NCBI GenBank assembly: GCA_964016885.1
Contig: OZ024747.1
Span: 17,236,001 to 17,300,000, forward strand
Reading direction: 5' to 3'
DNA length: 64,000 nucleotides
From: Eledone cirrhosa
Taxonomy: Eukaryota
Part shown: piece after piece, positions 54,262-64,000 of the stretch
How positions within the stretch are numbered: position 1 is the stretch's first letter
Layout: each line of letters begins with the position of its first letter
Made by a program: the position numbers and the translations under genes
The notes under the pieces: model-generated
Told to the model about the DNA's origin: nothing
What the model saw: the letters and a program-made list of their open reading frames with translations, nothing else
Database searches by the model: none

Positions 54262-54720
54262 TTAGAGAGAGAGAGGGAGAGTTTGGTGTTAATTCATTTA
54301 GAGAGGGACATTGGAAGAGAGTTCCGTGTAGTAGACATAGAGAGAGGGAGAGTTTGGTGTTAATAGATATAGAGAGGGACATTGGAATAGAGTTCCGTGT
54401 TAGATATAGAGAGGAGGTCAGTTTGGTGTTAATTGATACAGAGAGAGAGGGGGTTGGAAGAGAGTTCTGTGTAGTAGATAGAGAGAGGGGGAAAGTTTGG
54501 TGTTAATTGATACAAAGAGAGGGATTAGAAAAGAGTCGTGCCTAGTAGATATAGAGAGGGGGAGAGTTTGTTGATAATTGATATAGAGAGGGCTATTGGA
54601 AGAGAGTTTCGTGTAGTAGATACAGAGAGGAGGAGAGTGTGATATTTATTGATATAGAGGGGGGAGGGTGTTGCATGGTTGATGTAGAGAGGGGATGAGT
54701 TTCGTGGTAATGAATAGAAT
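54262..54720. repeat. Degenerate purine-rich minisatellite, ~72 bp dimeric unit
   Basis: gagagggagagtttggtgttaattgatata alternates with gagagggacattggaagagagttccgtgtagtagata. Confidence 0.85.
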
Positions 54721-57700
54721 GAGAGGATTGCATGTGTAGCGTGCTTGCTATCTGTGGCCTACAGTACAATGTTGTTTGTACTCTTCGACTATCTTGTTGT
54801 TTTCTAATAATCCTGGCTGTGCTAAGGAAACAAACTTAATGCAATAGCTCTACTGGACACTTTAATCCAATGTTCTTAATGTTCCCCTCAATATGTATTG
54901 ATTCTGTCACTAAAGCCTTAACGATATCGTCACCTTTTTCATCTTCCACAGTTGGTCCATATCGTATCTAAAAGAAATGTACATGTCCAATTTCTCCCTT
55001 TCCTTCAAATATTAATAACTGTATTCAGCAACAGTTCATCGACCTAACCGGTATTCGCTAGTAGCTAATTATACTCGTAACTCTAAATATGTCAACTAAT
55101 ATTCAACATTATTGTAGAACGTTATAATAGAACGCTAGTGATTTGCTACGAAATTTTAAAACTGCAATAATTCTAGGAGTAGCCGCTTGTCTTGTTACAT
55201 GAGTTTCTGGCAGAATATTTGTTATACCTAAATACTTCAACAGTTGTTGATATTAAATTTCTTTTGGCTTATTCTTTGTTGTTTTCTATTATTATCTGCA
55301 AATTAATAAATATATTGTAAATCATCTAACATGAATTTTTGGAACGCAAAGCAGAATATTTAATTCCTGTGGCTGTAAAACTATTCAATTGTTAGTCGCC
55401 AATGTGGGTTAATAACAAAAACACAAATAAATGAAAAATGTACAATAGAAATCCAATATACCACACGAAGTGAATATGAAACATTTACCACCACGTCCTT
55501 AGCAGGAAATTTAGAATATATTACTATTCAACTAGTCACCTGATGTTGAACTGAAGACGTTTATTCCTTTAACTACGCAACATATTACATCATGTACGGT
55601 GTTTTATATATGACTTAGGAATGTGTAAAAGAACTGCTGGCCTTGTGCCTAAAGTAGAAACAAAAGAACAAAACATTGACATCATATATCATAGAGATTT
55701 CATATTATTCTTATAACAGTAGCGCAAAATTGTTCAAGAGAGAATGAGATAGAGAAAGCGGAGATAGATTAAACAAGTAATACTCTGACCATTTCACAAT
55801 TCGTTTACGATAAGAATTACACTACACAACACAAAGCACAATTAAATGTATACACATTAGTAGACAACACATCTATCCTGTACAGAATTCTCTACTAAAG
55901 TAGATGGACAATATTTTATCGAATACTCGTAATTTGTTAGTAACAAAAATAAACATTCTATAGATTGATATATAAATCAGGCCCAATACAATTGAAATTC
56001 CGGCATGGTCAATAGGAATTTTACTGGCTTAGTCTACTATAAACTTATGGCATTACTTTCAGAAGATGAGAAATCAAGGTCTACAAACCTTAATGGTGGT
56101 TTCTAAGTTTTATTGTTTCAAACAAACCTCTCTGAATACATATAAAAATATGAACACAAAATGTGTCAAGAAAGATCAAGCTGGTGAGTTTTCAATATAT
56201 ATTTACAAGCACATGTGTATGAAGAACGAGTTGGTTGTTCTTAACAGATTATTTGAAAAGCATTACTCCCTTGTTCTTAAACTTGCGATGCACTCCCATG
56301 TTATATATTAATTATTAGTTCAGAAGTCTTGTAGTCCTTCAAATGAATGCTAGTTTGTAGGTTACGGTTGTAACTACATTGTCATAATTTTTTATTCAAA
56401 TAACAGATAATTAATCCTCAGGAAGTACGGACGTTGAAATGGTTTCTTCTTCGTGAATTTGCTCATCCTTTAATGTGATTTCCCTACAGCACAAGGTATA
56501 AAATGTTTTGAAGTCGAATAGACGCAACGACATTGATTCGCCAGAAATTAAAACACTGATGTCAGCAGTGTCACTCAATAACCTAAGAATTACAATGTTT
56601 GATAATACAAAAAGACGATGGCGTCCTGCATAGCTTTATGATATATAAGAATCAGCGTTTCAAGACACTATCAAAAGAAATAAAAAACTAAAGCAAAACT
56701 ACGCAGTAGTTCTTGCATATTATTATTCTTTAGTGTTCACTGTGTAATTAAAATGGTGGAAATATATAACTGTAATGTTCATGCTCATTTGAAGATCAGT
56801 AAAAACATTGTAAATGATAATCTTGGAGTATTTAACATGAATGCATTATAATATATACCCTATAAGTTCCCCTTATAGTCTGAAAACTTTAAGTGATATA
56901 GGTTAAACGTTAAAAAGGATTGGCAGATTCCATCTGTCTAAAATAGCCAGAAATAAGAAAAGGATTACATTTAGCTCTACACTATATCGAAATGTAGTTT
57001 TATAGTAATTTCACCAACAGACCTGAAATTTCCCAACCTATACTTCAATGTACATTTTGCCATGAGTTATGAGAAATCAGCAGTTAGCTATTTAGTAAAC
57101 TGATATTAGCCCCTTTGATAATATTTTAACGAGCGCCCTTCTTCTAATGCCCGTATGTGGTGTCAATTACACAAAGAAAGGAATGACATTTATCTGTTTA
57201 GAAGGCATATAACATTAAGGTTATGCTCCCTTCAAATGAGCGAAAAGCACACTTTGGTTTCAACAAGAAGGCATTATTGTTACGTAATCTTATGCCAAAC
57301 TCTGCATAATTCTGATTACATTCTTCTTCTTCTTCTTCTTCTTGTTTTTCTTCTTTTTCAAGATGGATGCAGCTGCTCAGTTCAGTTGTATGATGTGAAT
57401 ATACTGAGAAATGACAGATTACAGTATCCCAAAACTAAACCTTTAAATACAGCTCCGCGTTTAAACGGAACACCTCTTATTTACATGTTGATCTCAGTAG
57501 TTAAAATTCGACCCGAGATGTTAAAAGCCTTAACAAGAGAAGGTATTCTCTGATTGACTCGTATGTTCTGGGTAGCCTAGATCTCTAGAAAGGCACTATA
57601 CATGTAATCCAAGGCGCCAATATTGTCACACACATTACCTAACTCTGAATTTCCATGAGAGTTACGTTAAATTTTAATGATAAATTCATACGATTTGCTG

Positions 57701-57920
57701 ATCGAACAACTTGAACACTCCAAGTCGAAACCGACGAAAGTCCATTATTTTTCCATATGTGTTTGAGTCCACGTTAAAAGATGTATATGTAAATATAGGA
57801 ATTCATATCGAGATTTTGGTAGAATAATTTAATTCACATTAATATTTGTATGAATATGTGTCCGTACGTGAATATATAACCTTGTTTTTTCCAGTATATA
57901 TGCGAAGAACATAAACACCC

Positions 57921-57985
<65 letters not shown>

Positions 57986-58009
57986 TACCCCTCTCTCTCT
58001 CCCTCTCTC

Positions 58010-58091
<82 letters not shown>

Positions 58092-58111
58092 TATATATAT
58101 ATATATATGCG

Positions 58112-58142
<31 letters not shown>

Positions 58143-58145
58143 GCG

Positions 58146-58176
<31 letters not shown>

Positions 58177-58489
58177 TTATATATATGTATATATGTGATA
58201 TATGTATATATATATATATATATATGTGTGTGTATGTATATACGTACAAAAATATATACATATTTGCAAATGTAAATATATATTTGTGGGTGTATTTAAA
58301 TATGTGTAGGGTTAGATTCACCAAAAATCCAATATATTCCATGACGCTGAATCAAATTGCAGCACAATGGACAGTATTATAATTCAATTTATTTTCCAGC
58401 CGACTGTCGTTTACACAACATATTGGAGGAGGGTGTCACCTTTACACAGGTGAACAATAGCGCGCCTACACACACGGAATATACCCATG

Positions 58490-58579
58490 TATATATATAT
58501 ATAAATATATATAAATATATATATATATATATAATATATATATAAATATATATAAATATATATATAAATATATATATAA

Positions 58580-58656
<77 letters not shown>

Positions 58657-58667
58657 TATATATATAA

Positions 58668-58704
<37 letters not shown>

Positions 58705-58705
58705 A

Positions 58706-58736
<31 letters not shown>

Positions 58737-58737
58737 A

Positions 58738-58815
<78 letters not shown>

Positions 58816-58971
58816 CTGTGTGTGTGTGTGTCTGTGTATATACTTTCATGCATATATATATATACATATATACTTTCATATATATATATATATATTTATA
58901 TAAATATATATATATATATATATGTGTGTGTATATATATGTATGTATGTATATATACATATATATATTTAT

Positions 58972-59050
<79 letters not shown>

Positions 59051-59135
59051 TATATGTACATATGTATATGTATATATGTGTCCGTGTATATATATATATA
59101 TATATATGTTTGCGTATATACATATATATATATTT
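58490..59135. repeat. Compound (TA)n microsatellite
   Basis: Direct inspection. Confidence 0.95.
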
Positions 59136-59571
59136 GGTTATTATATGTGTGTACAATTAGAGAAAGAGAGAGGGGAAGAGAGGTGAGAGGGGAGGAGAGG
59201 TGAGAGAGAAAGGGTGATTTAGCGAATAAATATGCATGTATTTGCTAGGTTGTGTGTGAAACACTTGTTTCTGTTAGTTGATGATTGTTGATACAACTAA
59301 GTCTTATCACACAATTAAGCTCTGTATACTCCCACATGCTTTGCTTGCCTATACAGACAATCTGTGCAGGAAATTAAAAGAGGGCATTGTCAGGAATGTT
59401 AGAAACACAATTGAGAATAAACAGTTATTCGTACACGTCGCAGAATTAATATGGATATATACAGCATATATGCATAACTAGGTATACAGTGGTGTCCGAA
59501 CATAGCTACATTGAAATATCTGAAAACAGTAAGAGAATAATATTATATATTGGATGTCCTCATATACAAGT

Positions 59572-60039
59572 GTAGAGGTATGTGGCTTAGATGTAACGGT
59601 GTTGGACTTACAATCATAATTGTTTCTATTTTAGGCACAAGGCCAGCAACTACCCAGTACATTACTGGTACTTTATTTTATCGACCCCGTAAGGATGAAA
59701 GGCAAAGTTAACTTCGGCAGGATTTGAACTCAGATCATAAAGGGACGTAACTCTATGCTGCAAAGCATGGCGTCCGACCCTCTACCGATACTGCCAATCC
59801 ATGCCAATCATAATGTCGCGGGTTCGTTTCCAGGTTTCTGTGTTGTGTTCTTGAGCAAAACACTTCATTCCACGTTGCTCCAGTATACTCAGCTGTAAAT
59901 GAGTACCAGCAATAGCTGCGATGGACTGATATCCTGTCCAGGGCTGAGTATTGTACTCTCATTCGCTTCACGTCATGAAACCGGGAAAAGCGCCGGCCAA
60001 ATGAGCCTTTTGGCTTAAGACAGGCTTTAGACTTTAGAC
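59572..60039 (+). mobile_element. SINE family B interrupted by a family A SINE
   Basis: The tRNA-like head at 59572-59620 resumes at 59805 (gggttcgtttcc B box, CORE-like segment, ttagactttagac tail). Confidence 0.8.
59621..59804 (-). mobile_element. SINE family A with a 10 bp target-site duplication
   Basis: caatcataat at 59611-59620 and 59805-59814. Confidence 0.9.
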
Positions 60040-60423
60040 ATACGAAAGTATATATATCCAAGCGGTGTGGACGGGTGTGAGAATGAATACTCAATACCAA
60101 AATAGAGTATAAATATGCTTCAATGTGGCTACGTGATGTATCTAGTTTTTCGGAAAGACGAAACAAGGCGAGTCTGATGATCCTGTGATTTAGCAGTTGA
60201 AACTCCAGACTAAAATGACTCATGAATAACAAAGAATATATATATACTGATATATATACACTTATGTATATATATGTATATAAATTATGTGTACATCAAA
60301 TGATATATGTTTATATATAATAAATATATGAGAAGCGTCGCTAATATGTACATAAATAACGCTTGCACCTTTAACAAAACACATATTACACTCCATGTCA
60401 ATAATATACATTTAAACACACAT

Positions 60424-60489
<66 letters not shown>

Positions 60490-60557
60490 ACACACACACA
60501 ACTACACTAATGTACTGCATATACATATTTAAGAATAACCTGTATCGTAATATTCGG

Positions 60558-60895
60558 AAAGGCGCTTCACTTAGCGATTAGAGTGCTGAACTCACAATCA
60601 TAAGTTGTCAATTCGAATCCCAGATCAGGCGGAGCGTTGCGTTGTGCTCTTGAGCAAAACACTTTATTTCACGTTGCTCAGTTCACTCAGCTGTAGAAAA
60701 GAGCCGCGACATCACTGGTGCCAAGCTGTACCGGTCATTTTCTTTTCTTTTGACATTTGTTGCGTTGGAAGTAGAGATTGGCGTGCATGGGCAGCTGCTG
60801 GTCTTCCACAAACACAACTTGCCCAGGCTTCTGTCATAGTAGAACATTATAGGTGCAAAACCATTGTCATTCGTGACCGAAGGTGGCCTTTGGTA
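60558..60895 (+). mobile_element. CORE-type SINE variant
   Basis: tRNA-like head (ttcgaatccc) and ttgagcaaaacactttatttcacgttgctcagttcactcagctgtag. Its 3' tail differs from family B. Confidence 0.7.
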
Positions 60896-60896
60896 G

Positions 60897-61021
<125 letters not shown>

Positions 61022-62144
61022 ATGTGTGTGTGTGTGAGTGTGCGTGTGTTTGTATATATATATATATATATAAACATATGAAAAATATGGGGAGAAGAAT
61101 ACTGCATGGTTGCACATGGATTACATATTATAAAATGAGTCCCTCATCAGTGATTTGCCAACGATCAATGGTATTTCATCGCATTAAAAATCATATACCT
61201 CACGTTGGTGCGACAATAACTAAAATACTTTATTGGGACAAGAAAAACGCGTAAAGCGAATGAGACAAGTAAACAACACAGGTGAAAGCTAACCGAAGAT
61301 GGAAAGAAAAACAAGCAACATGGTTATTCTCTCAGCATAAACTGGGTGAATTCATGAGCGTGTAAGAAACAGAGCTTTCGCTAGTGAATTTGATGTGAGA
61401 AAGAAGGAAAATCGGATTCGTAGCGAACAGGAGGAAGTGAGAAGGGGAGAAACAGAGAGTGAGTGAGTGAAAGTGCGAGGAAGAGGTCAGTAGTGAGAAA
61501 GTGTTAAATGACATGACAGAGGGGACGAAAGAAAGTAAGAGAAACAGAGAGAACGAGGGAGCAGTAAGAGGGAAAGAGAGAAACATAGAATCGCAGTTTA
61601 GGTAAATATATGAAAAATATGGGGAGAAGAATACTGCATGGTTGCATATGGATTACATATTATAAATGCATATATATGTTATGCGTGAGTGTGCGTGTGT
61701 TTGCATTTACCTATATATATTTATGTCACCCTGAGTCAATCCTCTGCGAATCGTGCGTTGATACACATTAAAAAACTAAGAACATGTAAAAGAAACTTCA
61801 TCATCTTTCTTAAACACACAAACACACACTCATATATATATATATATGCATTTATATTTGTTTACATACGTACATACACAACGCAGCATTTAAACTAGCT
61901 GTCACTTGACTTACATTTAGTGATACATACGTAAAATAAGTATATTTGGACGATAAATATTTTAGCTTCGGTTACTATAAATACTCCGACACGTTTCGCT
62001 TAAGTGCAAGGCTTCCCATTTACATCATGTATATATAGAAGTAAAGGAATTATAGCGATATAGTTCAGCAATGTGCGTGTGGAATCCTTCTACCAGCCTG
62101 AGCAAAACTCTTTGTTGTTATTGTGTCTGTGCGTGTGTGTGTGT

Positions 62145-62900
<756 letters not shown>

Positions 62901-63540
62901 ATGTGTGTGTGTATGTATTTATCTGTATATACGTATGTACGTAATTGCATCGTTATATGGGTGCACACTTATATAGTTGTGCGTATGTAGTCTGTTTACA
63001 ATCCTTGAGAATTCTTCTCAATAACAAATCTCTGGTTTAATCGATAGCTTTATTTTCCATTCCATTTCTGTGTCCTCCATTTGCTTAGTTTACATTTTCA
63101 TATAGTTATCAGAAACTGCCATTAAAAATGTCAGCTATGTACGCGTGTGTGCGTGGTTTGTACGAGTATGTGTTAATACATTGGAGTAGAGATGTGTAGG
63201 GCAGTGAAAATTATTATTGTAGTTCATTCATACTTCTTTGCTATTCAAAAGACACCTTATTCCCCAAAAATAATCTGTTCACACACTCACCAAACGTTCT
63301 ATACATACTTACAATATTGATGCTCATTTCAATTCATTGGTTAATCAAAGACGGACGGGTATAGAAAATGTAATAACAACATTGGTGTCCCAACACGGCG
63401 TCAGCTAGTCGGCTGGGACAGGTAAACAATTATAAATATATACCGAAACACACATATATATACGTACATACAAACATATACACACACACACACACACTTT
63501 CTCTCTCTCTCGATATATATAAATATATATATATCATATG

Positions 63541-63625
<85 letters not shown>

Positions 63626-63662
63626 GTATATATGTATATATATATATATGTATATATGTATA

Positions 63663-63712
<50 letters not shown>

Positions 63713-64000
63713 GAGAGAGAGAGATATCGAGAGTTCAAATAGCAGAGAACAATGGAGAGATACAGAAAGAGAGCAAATGATGGATACATTATTTATAAAA
63801 CTTTCTTTTAAAAAGATAGCTAAGTATTTTAACTCTTTCCTTGTCTACAAACAATGATATTACCACTTACATTTCATGCCGCCAGTGATATCTAGGTTTC
63901 GTGCTATATCCTAATGGCGTCCATAAATTTGAAAGGAAAACTCTGTCTCGACTTCATATTCAGTCGAATGTCATTTTTTTCGTTAATATATGAATTTTGA

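Overview
Very AT-rich, repeat-saturated eukaryotic genomic DNA. The microsatellite load and SINE families suggest a cephalopod (octopus), which is an inference. Most entries in the ORF track (YI/HT/CV/RE/SL repeats) are translations of (TA)n, (CA)n and (GA)n tracts and are not genes. Real content: (1) two Penelope-like (PLE) fragments with GIY-YIG endonuclease, one inside a ~2 kb foldback; (2) at least eight minimal type I hammerhead ribozyme (HHR) copies from six families, in short elements embedded in (TA)n tracts and often duplicated as palindromes; (3) a ~7 kb pile-up (30.6-37.7 kb) of truncated R4/Dong-like and Tx1/L1-like LINE fragments joined through (TAA)n tracts; (4) two tRNA-derived SINE families, RTE fragments and Tc1/mariner-type MITEs; (5) an 8-copy ~180 bp hairpin element found only in or beside (TA)n; (6) one candidate host exon (12703-12969, minus strand). 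No intact host gene, tRNA, rRNA or CRISPR array is visible. All coordinates and folds were read by eye.
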